Below are positions 39,383 through 52,139 of a DNA stretch of 64,000 nt, piece after piece. The translations under genes were made by a program, and so were the position numbers. How positions within the stretch are numbered: the stretch's first letter is position 1; each line of letters opens with the position of its first letter. Source of the DNA: Octopus vulgaris (taxonomy: Eukaryota). The notes under the pieces are model-generated. The model saw nothing but the letters and a program-made list of their open reading frames with translations, did not search any database and had not been told where the DNA came from. The stretch covers positions 48,732,001 to 48,796,000 of the forward strand of contig OX597829.1 in NCBI GenBank assembly GCA_951406725.2, in the 5' to 3' direction.

Positions 39383-40934
39383 GACATATGTACCTATTTC
39401 TTAATGTAGTTCTCAGGGAGATTCAGCATGGCACAGGATGTGACAAGGTTGGGCCCCTTTGAATTACAAGTTTAACTCACTTATACCAGCTGAGTTGTGC
39501 TCAAGGACATAATGTACCACTGGGTATTGAACTCTTAACCTTATGATCATGAACTAAATACCCTAACCACTATGTAATGTACCTTCACAGATAGAGCTGT
39601 AAAAGCAAAGAGGCAAACTTCAAAGAATAGGGTCAGCAGAGAATTATACCAGGTAGCTGGAAAAGAAGCTTGGCAACAGAGATATTTAATAAGGAAGAAG
39701 CAGAAAAGAAGAGGCTTGGTAGTTTTCTATAATATGAAGACCAAAGGCATGAGGTGTTCTAGATTGCAACAAAGTGTACCAGAGAAAATTGAGATGTTGT
39801 GGGAAAGAAGTGTTTATGGATGGATAATGTGTTCTTGCACATTGCGATTCTTACATGAAAGAAGTACAGAAGTGCTCCTGGCTTTGGGTAAAAGAAAATA
39901 CATGAAGATCAGTTAATTATGATTTTATTCAACATATTCCCCTTCTCAGATTCACAAACTTATTGCAGCAGTCCTTCAGTTTTTCTAAACATATATATAT
40001 ATATGAAGGGGTGCTGAAAATTTCCTGTCTTTGGTTAAAAGAAAATACAGGAGGATCCGTTAATTATGAATTTATTCAACATATTTCCCTCTTAGATTCA
40101 CACATTAATTGCAGTAGTCTTTCAGTTTTTCTAAGTGTTGTAAAAGAACTCGGAAGGTTCTTCAACCAGGCTTTTGTGATACCCTTAAAGCCAGGAATTT
40201 TTCAGGACTTCTTCGTAGATAAAGCAGTTAAGATATGAAGACAGGAAAAAGCCCCTGATCCAATAGAAATTACAGTCATGATACTTAAAATATCTGACAG
40301 AATAAGATAGAGCCTACTCACTTATATATTTTATCAGGTTGTACAGGAAGGTATCACATCCTACAACCGTTGCAGAGTCTGCAAGAGAGAAGACTGCTTG
40401 TATGGTCATTTTATACATAATTCAACATTGGCAGAATTTGAACTTTGTGAGATTAGAATTCAAGACGAAGAGGGATACAAAAATTAATGGTTTCAAATTT
40501 TGGCTTGACACCAGCAGTTTCTAAGGGGAGGTAGGGAATTTGATTACATTGACCCCAGGGTTCAACTGGTAATTATTTTATTGACCCTGAAAGGATGAAA
40601 GGGAAAGTCAACCTTGGAATTTGAATTCAGAATGTAAAAATGGACAAAATCCCATAAAGCATTTTGCCTGGCATGCTAACGATTCTACCAGCTTGCCACC
40701 TTAGTTTATTTTCTAATGTTGATTTCAAATTTTGGCACAAGGCCAGCAGTTTCCAAGGGGATGTAGAGAAGCTGATTACACTGATACCAGTGCTTAACTG
40801 GCACTTACCATATTGAAACGAAAAGGATGAAAGGCAAAAGTCAATACATTTCTATATTTAAGAGATGAGGAATTATGTACATTATTTACGTTATTTATAT
40901 TCGGCGGATATTTGTCCTCATCTTGTTTGTTGTT

Positions 40935-40980
40935 AACACAACGTTTTGGCTGATATATCCTCCTGCCTTCATCAGGTGTC
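40935..40980 (-). ncRNA. Second, mutated copy of the hammerhead motif
   Basis: GACAC-CUGAUGA-A-GGCAG...CAGCC-AAAACGUU-GUGUU: stem I fully paired, but GAAA is mutated to AAAA. Confidence 0.55.
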
Positions 40981-41236
40981 TTGGGGAAATTTTGAACCTG
41001 GTTTCTCATTCCTAGGGCATTTTTCGATGTTGTTATCATTATTATTATTATTAAGGTCACTGTCTGTAATCGAACTTGGAATCTTGGGCATATGGAGTAG
41101 TGGTTAAGAGCGCAGGCTACTAACCCCAAGATTCTGAGTTCAATTTCAAGCAGTTACCTGAATAATAATAATGATAATAATAACAACATTGAAAAATACC
41201 TTAGGAATGAGAACCCAAGTTCGAAATTTCCCCCAA

Positions 41237-41282
41237 GACACCTGATGAAGGCTGGAGAGTATATCAGCCGAAACGTTGAGTC
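41237..41282 (+). ncRNA. Minimal type-I hammerhead ribozyme motif (Penelope-type)
   Basis: GACAC-CUGAUGA-A-GGCUG(GAGAGUAUAU)CAGCC-GAAACGUU-GAGUC: intact core, 5-bp stem II, palindromic ACGU stem III, stem I with one mismatch. Confidence 0.7.
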
Positions 41283-41822
41283 AACAACAAACAAGATGAG
41301 GACAAATATCCGTCGAATGTAAATAATGTAAATAATGTAAATAATGGGCAAAAGTCAACATCAGTGAAATTTGAACTCGAGGCAGAACACTTTCTTCTGG
41401 CTTGAGTTTAAATTCTATCAACGACTCTTTACATCTCCATCAATAATTTACCACTAATAAAATATATTTCATATAATAAAAAAAAACCTCAGAAAAACAA
41501 ACCACGATATAACGTTATCTACAGATGATCTATGAAATAATTTTGTAGTGAAATTCCTTTGATGTTGCTATAGAATTTTCTTTTTAACTCTATATGGAAA
41601 GACACAGTTTTAAAAAAAATTTAAAGCCAGAGTAAACTTGATGTAATTACTATTTTGGATTTGGTATTTTTAAAAGTATTGAGAAGGAGAAGAACAAGGA
41701 GAAAACGATTTTTAGTATTTTATGGAGTCTGGTGTCAAATTAAATTCATGGGAGAAAAAAAAAAAAATTGAAATATTTCAGCTTTGTTTACTTTTTAAAC
41801 CACTAACTGTTGAAAAATGAAC

Positions 41823-42991
41823 TAACACATGCATATACACACACACATGCATATACATACACATGCATATACATACACATGCATATACACACACACATGC
41901 ATATACACACACACATGCATATACATACACATGCATATACACACACACATGCATATACACACACACATGCATATACACACACACATGCATATACACACAC
42001 ACATGCATATACACACACACATGCATATACACACACACATGCATATACACACACACATGCATATACATACACATGCATGTACACACACACATGCATATAC
42101 ACACACACATGCATATACACACACACATGCATATACACACACACATGCATATACACACACACATGCATATACACACACACATGCATATACACACACACAT
42201 GCATATACACACACACATGCATATACACACACACATGCATATACACACACACATGCATATACACACACACATGCATATACACACACACATGCATATACAC
42301 ACACACATGCATATACACATATGCATATGCATGCATATACAATTACAAACACACACACACATGTGCACACACATCCATGCATATACACACACACATGCAT
42401 GTACACACACACATGCATATACATACATACATGCATATACATACACATGCATGTACACACACACATGCATATACACACACACATGCATGTACACACACAC
42501 ATGCATATACACACACACATGCATATACACACACACATGCATATACACACACATGCATATACACACACACATGCATATACACACACACATGCATATACAT
42601 ACACATGCATGTACACACACACATGCATATACACACACACATGCATATACACACACACTGCATATACATACACATGCATGTACACATATGCATGTACACA
42701 CAGTTACAAAAACACACACACACACATGCATATACACATATGCATATGCATGTATACAATTACAAACACACACACACATGTGCACACACATCCATGTACA
42801 CAGACATGCACACACACAAAGTCACATACATACATATATATATATATATATAAAAACACATGCACACACATGTACACATATATTCATACACACACATATG
42901 CGGGCGTGTATATATATATATATATCCACAGGTACATATGCACACATATACATACAAACACATACACACAGTCACACACACACACACACAC

Positions 42992-43037
<46 letters not shown>

Positions 43038-43105
43038 GCACATGCATACACAAACACACACACATACATATGTACAAGCAAGCATGCATACACACATACA
43101 CACAC
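41823..43105. repeat. 16-18-bp minisatellite (ACACATGCATATACACAC)n grading into AC/AT microsatellites
   Basis: Directly visible; source of the 345-680-aa ORFs. Confidence 0.95.
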
Positions 43106-43162
43106 TATTTCTTTTATAAATATGGCCATATCCAAACTAGTGAAATCAGTGAAAAATTTATT

Positions 43163-43167
<5 letters not shown>

Positions 43168-43223
<56 letters not shown>

Positions 43224-43281
43224 GTTATCATCATCATCATTATCATTATCATCATCATCATCATCATTATTATTTTTATTG

Positions 43282-43328
<47 letters not shown>

Positions 43329-43396
43329 ATTATCATCATTATCATCATCATCATCATCATCATCATCATTATTATTATTATAATTATTATTATTAA

Positions 43397-43439
<43 letters not shown>

Positions 43440-43533
43440 GTTATTATTATTAATATTATTAATATTATCATTATCATCATCATCATCATTATTATTGTTA
43501 TTATTATTATTATTGTTATTATCATCATCATCA

Positions 43534-43595
<62 letters not shown>

Positions 43596-43632
43596 ATTAT
43601 AAATATTATCATCATTATCATCATCATCATCA

Positions 43633-43702
<70 letters not shown>

Positions 43703-43708
43703 CATTAC

Positions 43709-43741
<33 letters not shown>

Positions 43742-43762
43742 CATCATCATCATTATTATTAT
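43168..43762. repeat. (ATT)/(ATC) microsatellite
   Basis: Directly visible. Confidence 0.95.
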
Positions 43763-44147
43763 TAGTTTTGATTTAATCTTAGTTCTGCTTCTGTTCCTCA
43801 TTATTTATGAATTCTTTTTTTTTTTCGAAGGACTAACAACCACAAATATTACTCTTTTATCCTTCTTATAGAATTACAAATTTTCAGTTTATTATTGTAA
43901 TTTTCCTATCCTTTCACTTTGTAAATTTATAATTTATTATTCATTAGTTATATAACAAGTCATTTTAAAGTAATCATCATAATATGATGTGTAACCAGCC
44001 TCCTACACAAACCTAACGAAGCTTGCTAATCTAGCTATGGCAATATTAAACCTGGGTGTCTGATGGATGTTATTTCACTGATATGTCATTTAATTCGCAC
44101 ATTGTTAAGTAGTTGTGCTTTATATAAGCAATGCCATTTATGACTTA

Positions 44148-44448
44148 CTAGCAGTATCGCCTGGCGTTGCTCGGGTTTGTAAGGGAAATCATTTATGACT
44201 TACTAGCATTTTTAGAGAGTTACTTCCCTTATATAATAGCGAAAAAATGCATTAAAATGGAAAACAATGATGGTAAATGTTTTTAAAATCGTAGACTCAT
44301 CGTAGACGCGCTAATACCCAGAAGGGCTCGATATGAATCACGACTATAAGATACCCGGTTTTGGTTAAACTGCACCGCAAAATGTGGGAGTAGTTAGGAA
44401 TCTAAATCGTAGGAGACAGACACACAACTTCTCTTTTATATATAAAGA
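44148..44448 (-). mobile_element. Short non-autonomous Helitron
   Basis: TC/CTAG termini; same family as 10177-10574. Confidence 0.85.
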
Positions 44449-44776
44449 TATTCTGCAATTTTATAATTTATGATTAACATGGAGCAAACGTGGCTGTGAG
44501 GTTAAAAAGTTTTGCTTTCCAATCGTACGGTTTCACATGGTTACATCCCATTGCATGGTGGTACCTTGAACAAGTCTTCTGCTTTTAGTCTTCACAAAAA
44601 CCAGTTCTGTGTATGCATATTGGTACAGTTGCATCCAGCTGTAGAAACACTGCCAGATCAGACTGGAGCTTAGTGCAGCCTCCTGGCTTCCCAGACCGCC
44701 AGTCGAACCGTCCAACCCATCCTAGCATGTGCTTATGTGCCACCAGCATAGGTATCACAGCATTTATATATATATA

Positions 44777-45000
44777 AGGCGGTGAGCTGGCAGAAACGTT
44801 AGCGCACCGGTCAAAATGCTTGGTGGTATTTCGTCTGTCGTTACATTCTGAGTTCAAATTCCGCCCAGGTCGACTTTGCCTTTCATCCTCTTGGGGTCGA
44901 TAAATAAAGTACCAGTTTCGCACTGGATCGATGTAATCGACTTAATCCCTTTGTCGATTTGTCCTTGTTTGTCTCCTCTATGTTTGGCCCCTTGTGGGTA
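44777..45000 (+). mobile_element. Family-B SINE
   Basis: Full head and body. Confidence 0.85.
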
Positions 45001-45096
45001 TGTGTGCGTATGTGTGTGTATGTATATGTCCGTTTGTATGTGTGTGTACGCTTATATATTAATTACTATGTGCTTGTGCAAATGTATATGCATGTG

Positions 45097-45134
<38 letters not shown>

Positions 45135-45217
45135 TGTGTGTGTGTGTGTGTTGTTTGTATGTGTGTGTACGCTTATATATTAATTACTATGTGCTTGTGC
45201 AAATGTATATGCATGTG

Positions 45218-45289
<72 letters not shown>

Positions 45290-45599
45290 TGTGTCGTGCG
45301 TCTGCTATATTTCTTTATCAATATCGATAACGCAGCAATGCTGGGATGTTGGGATTTCATTGGTTAAAATTCGTAAAAATTAAACTACGTTTAAGTTACG
45401 AATTACAATTTTGTTTTCAATTTTGTTTACGATAATGTTTTCTTTTGACACATTCTACCAGTATACGAAGTTTCAAACTGTTTAGTTAACTAGAAAATTC
45501 CGTCTATCAAACAGAAAAGATCCAAAATCAGTATATTCAAGACCATATGTATTTGAGAGTGATAACTCCACAATAATTCCAAATATATTACATTTTTAT

Positions 45600-45999
45600 A
45601 TCTTCTTTTATCTTTTACTTGTTCCTGTCATTAGACTGTGGCCATGCTGGGGCACTCCTTGAAGAATTTCAGTCAAATGAATTAACCCTGGTATTCTTCT
45701 TTTGTTAGCCCGGTACCAATTCTATTGGTTTCTTTTAACAAACTGCTAAGTTATAGGGACCAGCATTGGTCATTAACGGGTGGGGTACAATCAGATAGAC
45801 AGACAGATACACACACACACACACACACACACACACGACAGGCTTCTTTTCAGTTTCTGTTTACCAAATCCATTCACAAGGCCTTGGTTGGTTTGAGGCT
45901 ATAGTAGAAGACACTCACCGAAGGTGTCACGCAGTGCGACTGATCCCGGAACCATGTGGTTGGTAAGCAAACGTTTTACCACACAGCCATGCCTACGCC
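45600..45999 (-). mobile_element. Family-A SINE, GGGGCAC..CTTGAAG subfamily (source type of the 93-bp satellite)
   Basis: The 3' end TATCTTTTACTTGTT...GACTGTGGCCATGCTGGGGCACTCCTTGAAG matches the satellite unit. Confidence 0.8.
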
Positions 46000-46019
46000 T
46001 AATTCACCAGCAGAAACAC

Positions 46020-47025
46020 CACCCCATCACCCCACCACCACCACTACCACCGCCACCAACACCACCACTAACTCCCCCCGCGACCACCACCACAGCCACC
46101 ACCGCCGCCGTAGCTACCCATCCCCTATCCCCTTCCACTCATATGACCACCACCACGATCAACAAGAATATCAACGTTCTTCGTCGCCATTATAACCATC
46201 GCTACCATCTGTACTGTCTCATCTTACCATACTGGAAAACGTAGAACTCCGCCCACCACCACCGCCACCACCACCACCACCACTGTACACCACCACCACA
46301 ACCACAACCACAGCCACAAGCACCACCACCACCACCACCACAACCACTACCACAAGCACCACCACCACCACAAACACCACAACCCCCACCACCACAACCA
46401 CTACCACCACCACAACCACCACCACCACCAAATCACCACCACCACCACCACCACTACCACCACCACCACCACCACCACCACCACCACCACCACCACCACC
46501 ACCACCACCACCACCACCACAACCACCACAACCACCACCACCACCACCACAACCACTACCACCACAACCTCCATCATTGCTATTACTTCCATCACCACCG
46601 CCGCCGCCGCTGCCGCCACTACCACCACCACCACCACCACCACCACCACTACCAGTACCATCGCAACTACTTCCAGCATCACTACCACCACCACCACTAC
46701 CACCACAACCTCCACCATTGCAACTACTTCCACCACCACCGCCGCCGCCGCCACCACCATCACCGCCGCAACCACCACCACCACCACCACTATCACCATC
46801 AAACCACTACTACCACCACCACTACCACCACCACCACCACGACTACCACCATCACAACTGCTTCCACCATAACAGCAACAACAACCATCATCATCATCAT
46901 CATCATCATCATCTTAGCAACAACAGCCGCCACAGAGCAGCAACTGCAACAACAACAACAACAACAACAACAACAACTGCAACAGACAACAACTGCAACA
47001 GACAACAACTGCGACGACGACGACA
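46020..47025. repeat. Long compound (ACC)/(ATC)/(AAC) trinucleotide tract
   Basis: Directly visible. Confidence 0.93.
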
Positions 47026-47521
47026 CTCCACTGCTTTGACAGATTTCTATGACGTCATTGTCGACTTTAAATCTTTTCTTCGCCGATAAATCAATCAATA
47101 ACGTCTGCTTTTATACTCTCGTTCGCATAAGTCTTTACTCCTTAATCACAATCTAATAAAGTCATCAAGTGTATTGGCTGTCGTTCTTAACAACAGCTGT
47201 TTTGGTGCTGATATCAATGTTTCGTCGATGTTGTTGCTGCTGTTGTAGTATTTTTTGTTAACAGCTGCTGCTGCTGTTTTGTTGCTAGTCTTCTTGGAGC
47301 CGCTATGACAGTTGTTGTTGTTGTTGTTGTTGTTGATGTAGTCATTGTTGTTGTTGTTACTATTGCTGCTGTTGTTGCAGAAAAGGGTTGTTTAAACTTT
47401 GACCTTTGCAGCTGTTGGTGTCACTGTTTTTTTTTTTGTTTTTATTAGGTATCGGTCTTGTAGGATTGTTTTTTTTTTGCAATCGGTTTTATCATGTCAT
47501 TATATATATATATATATATAT

Positions 47522-48523
47522 ATTTCTTTATTGCTCACAAGGGGCTAAACATAGAGGGGACAAACAAGGACAGACAGACGGATTAAGTCGATTATATTGA
47601 CTCCAGTGCGTAACTGGTACTTATTTAATCGACCCCGAAAGGATGAAAGGCAAAGTCGACCTCGGCGGAATTTGAACTCAGAGCGTAACGGCAGACGAAA
47701 TACGGCTACGCATTTCGCCCGGCGTGCTAGCAAATCTCATTTCTTTATTGCCCACAAGGGGCTAAACATAGAGGGGACAAACAAGGACAGACAAACGGAT
47801 TAAGTCGATTATATATCGACCCCAGTGCGTAACTGGTACTTACTCAATCGATTCCGAAAGGATGAAGGGCAAAGTCGACCTCGGCGGAATTTGAACTCAG
47901 AACGTAAAGACAGACGAAATACCTATTTCTTTACTACCCACAAGGGCGCTAAACACAGAGGAGACAAACAAGGACAAACAGACGGATTAAGTCGATAATA
48001 TCGACCCCAGGTACTTAATTTATCGACCCCGAAAGGATGAAGGGCAAAGTCGACCTCGGCGGAATTTGAACTCAGAGCGTAACGGCAGACGAAATACCAC
48101 TAAGCATTTCACCTTTATTGCCTACAAGTGGCTAAACATAGAGGGGACAAACAAGGACAGACAAAGGGATTAAGTCGATTACATTGACCCCAGTGCGTAA
48201 CTGGTACTTATTTAATCGACCCCGAAAGGATGAAAGGCTAAGTCGACCTCGGCGAAATTTGAACTCAGAACGTAGCGGCAGACGAAATACCTATTTCTTT
48301 ATTGCTCACAAGGGGCTAAACACAGGGGGGACAAATAAGGACAGACAAAGGGATTAAGTCGATTACATTGACCCCTGTGCGTAACTGGTACTTATTTAAT
48401 CGACCCCGAAAGGATGAAAGGCAAAGTCGACCTCGGCGAAATTTGAACTCAGAACGTAACGGCTGACGAAATACTGCTAAGCATTTCGTCCGGTGTGCCA
48501 ACGTTTCTGCCAGCTGGCCGCCC
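47522..48523 (-). mobile_element. Family-B SINE multimer (five head-to-tail bodies)
   Basis: Units begin near 47522, 47739, 47924, 48113 and 48292; only the last carries a complete 5' head. Confidence 0.88.
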
Positions 48524-49208
48524 TATCCTGTCACTATATATAGCCTCGCTAACATGGCGACCTGGCAGAATCGTTAGCACGCCTGGGAAAATGTTTTGAG
48601 GCATTTCGTCTGTCTTGACGTTCTGAGTTCAAATTCGACTTTGCCTTTCATTCTTTCGGGCTCGATAAATTAAGCACCAGTTGCATACTGGGGTCGATGT
48701 CATCACCCTCTCCCCTTCCTCCGAAAAGGTTGATCTTGTGTCAAATTTATCTCATTTATGTTCCAATATTTACAGAACCAACTAGTTGGGAACATTCTCA
48801 AAAGCTTTTCCGCTGAGCTGAAGGCATGGCTAGAATGCTTATGGGTCTAGTTTGAATGAGTTGAGCTGAGGTCGTCTCTCAAAAAAAGTGAGGAAGTAGC
48901 TGGAATTTATATCGATTTTGTGGTGTACTTGTTCCAGTCCAATTCGAGGTATGATAGGATCAAAATTAAATGTACCCTTTTTGCTTTTTATAGAAGATCA
49001 GGATGTCCTTACAGTGGCAACATTCATCATGCGGGGATCTGAGAATGTGGATGTTAATGTATAGGTTTCTACGGAGGCCGACGCAGATAAAAAACCAGTT
49101 GTTAAATATTTAAACAAACATCAATTGAACACTGAGGTCGATGTAATCGATTTAACCCCCTTCCCCAAAATTGTTGATCTTGTGCCAAAATTTGAAATCA
49201 AAATGAAT

Positions 49209-49372
49209 AGGCGTGGCTGTGTGGTAAGTAGCTTGCTTACGAACCACATGGTTCCGGGTTCAGTCCCACTGCGTGGCACCTTGGGCAAGTGTCTTCTACT
49301 ATAGCCTCGGGCCGACCAAAGCCTTGTGAGTGGATTTGGTAGACGGAAACTGAAAGAAGCCCGTCGTGTATA

Positions 49373-49403
<31 letters not shown>

Positions 49404-49624
49404 TTGTGTGTTTGTGTGTCTGTGTTTGTCCTCCCAACATCGCTTGACAGCCGATGATGGTGTGTTTACCTCCCCGTAACTTAGCGGTTCGACAAAAGAG
49501 AACAGATAGAATAAGTACTAGGCTTCCAAAGAATAAGTCCCGGGGTCGATTTGCTCGACTAAAGGGCGGTGCTCCAGCATGGCCACAGTCAAACGACTGA
49601 AACAAATAAAAGAGTAAAGAGAGT
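49209..49624 (+). mobile_element. Family-A SINE
   Basis: Collinear with 9145-9561. Confidence 0.88.
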
Positions 49625-50089
49625 TCCCCCGGGTTTTTTTGAATTCCTAGATGACAACCCCGACAGTGAACAAGTAAACACCTTTTGCGTGATGCAGTCC
49701 CCTGTAACTCCTCACTGTCGTAGACGTGAAATCCTGGATGAAGCAGAAGCAAAACTCGGGTCTTTGCATCCGAAATATTGCTAGGATTTCACTTCACTCT
49801 AAACCACATTGTCAATTGATGCCTCGTTAATTAACTTCATATCTCCCATTGATAATATTATATTTATAGTTCATTACTGAGACTATTAATTTTTTAATGC
49901 TTTTATCTGTTTTAAGTATTAATCAAACGTTTCTTCCAAGTATTTTCTTTAATTGGTGTATATTGTATTATTCTATATAGTTCGTTGGTTCCTAGTATTT
50001 TAACCTCCGCCAAAAAAGGAGATTATATTTTCATTATGTCTGTGTTTGGTTAAATTGTCTTATCACTTTGTTGCTTTTAAAAACATAGT

Positions 50090-50345
50090 ATTATTAAATA
50101 TATATTCCCTCTCATCAAAAGTTGTCTTGGTACATTTTTCTATTCCATATCTCATATAAATTTTTCTGTAAAACCCTTGTACTTTCTGCTGCAGTATTTC
50201 TAGTGGTATATTGTTTGTAGTGTACAACTTGAGGTCGTCTACATAGAAAAGATGATTTATTACCTCCCATAACACTTACGATCATATTCAATCCTAAATG
50301 ATATTTGGGTTCAAGATGTTAGACAAGAAGAAGAGTGTAGAGGGA
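50090..50345 (-). pseudogene. R4/Dong-like RT fragment
   Basis: INHLFYVDDLKLY...MRYGIEKC (RT catalytic YxDD motif). Confidence 0.75.
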
Positions 50346-50495
50346 ATCCTTCTCGATTATTCCACTTCTAAATGGAGATGGAACTACTTTTTATAATTCT
50401 TTTTCGTGTAATTACAGAAAGGCCTGCTACAGAGTGTTTAATATATATAATATTCATTAGTGCCATTTTACTAATAGTTAATGTTTCTAGGAATA

Positions 50496-50728
50496 AGGCG
50501 GCGAGCTGGCAGAAATGTTAGCACGCTGGGCGAAATGCTTAGCGGTATTTCGTCTGCCGTTGTGTTCTGAGTTCAAATTCCGCCGAGGTCGACTTTGCTT
50601 TTCATTCTTTCGTGGTCGATAGATTAAGTACCAGTTACGCACTGGGGTCGATATAATCGACTTAATCCGTTTGTCTGTCGTTGTTTGTTTCCTCTGTATT
50701 TAGCCCCTTGTGGGTAGTAAAGAAATAG
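50496..50728 (+). mobile_element. Family-B SINE with 16-bp TSD
   Basis: GTTAATG(T/C)TTCTAGGA on both sides. Confidence 0.88.
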
Positions 50729-52139
50729 GTTAATGCTTCTAGGATCTTCATGTTTCTAAGATACGCATACTAAAAGCCTCCAGGTGGTTAATTCATGCCA
50801 TGTTCAGATCCTTTTTCCCTACTTCTACAGTCTTCATTTACGATTTTGTTGATCCGTAATTGGACGACACGAGCTTTTGTAGAATCCCATATTCTGTTCT
50901 AGAAAGTTTTTTTTTTTCAGATATGTATTCCTTCCTTGCGATATTAGTATAGTTAATACTAGACTTATCGAACAGCTGGAAACAGGAAATAGGAAGGGAG
51001 AAGTAGATTGACCGAAGAACTGGTACAAGGAAGGGGACAAGGTAAATCAATTGAAGAACAGGGAAAGGGGTGAAGAAATAGTGGAGCGCCATTTTGGAAA
51101 TTTACAATTTTTTCTTCTTAGTTCTTTTTTTTTTCTGATTAATTTTTCATTAATTATTTTGCCCTAACCTTTTACCTGTTCAAAGCATTTCCATTACGAG
51201 TCTGGATCCTGAACTTTTAGATAACCCTTGTTTCATATGTGTTAAGTTAATAATATAAAGATTTCTTTCATAAGTCCAAAGTTACTCTGGTGGGTGAAAT
51301 AACTGGGAATCTCTATCATATATGATGCAAGGACGCCAGAAGACTATGTCCTCAGTTTCACATCTAATACACAGGTCAGGGAAAGGGTTAAGACAGACTC
51401 CCTGGTTGAAAGCCCCTTAGCTTACGAGTCTGGATCCATTGATAGATATCTTTAAACTTCTTTATCAGTGGTGCTTCGTGTTTCTCTTAAATATTTTAAC
51501 AAGAAGTTTGGATATCTGATTTCCTGCTGTGATCCAATTTATTTTCGTAGCATCAGAACAACTCGTGTTATGCTGACCCACAGTTCTTCAAATGCTATTT
51601 TCATTGCCTTGAACAATTTCGTCTGTAGTAATTCCCATATTACTTCTAAAAATTCTTTCTACATCTGTCACTGTTTGTATTGCATCAATTATTATTCTCT
51701 TTTTTTTTTTTTTTTTACCTAATTCTTGATAAATCGCCTTCGGTTGGAGCCGAAGTGTTTGTTTTGCTCAAAGAATCATTATCGAATTTCGTACTGATGG
51801 AATTCTGTGCGATTTAGCGAGGATCTCATGTTTCAGGCAATCTTTGATTTCAGATGTTCTTTTTTTTTTTTCGCTCCTTCGACGTTTATATTTCTGTAGT
51901 ATTTGTCTCTCATTTTATTCAGTTTTGACATTTCATTATTGATTTCAATAAGGATTGAGAAGTATTTTACTCTTATTTTCTATCTTTCTTTTTCTGTATT
52001 TGTTTTCCATGTCGTTTGCTTGTGTATGAATAAATCTGAAGGAATATCCATTTCCCTACAATGATTACATAAGCGTTTTCTTTAATCTGGTCAGATTGTT
52101 GCTTGAACCTGTTTTCATTAAGTTTATGGTGATTGCATT

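Larger units (their letters stand above)
38030..40400 (+). pseudogene. Heavily decayed RTE-clade LINE (APE endonuclease to pre-RT region) with nested MITE and SINEs
   Basis: LEFC....MISNT.CKK...SG...NQIDYILIRK...EECILQNRLVVRDFR is APE-like; later WWN-like and KAPDP (KA.GP)-like remnants occur. Confidence 0.7.
40845..41346. mobile_element. Inverted-dimer insertion of a tRNA-headed, hammerhead-containing element
   Basis: Arms ~40878-41088 and 41125-41345 are reverse complements. TSD GGCAAAAGTCAA lies at 40833-40844 and 41347-41358, inside an old family-B SINE. Confidence 0.85.

Noticed and set aside
41778-43871. Long His/Thr/Tyr/Ile/Cys-Val ORFs (up to 680 aa), and similar ORFs at 1184-1932, 2798-3582, 4508-5306, 20507-21111, 36471-37966 and 46219-47098
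   Set aside because: These are translations of micro/minisatellites, open in several frames on both strands.
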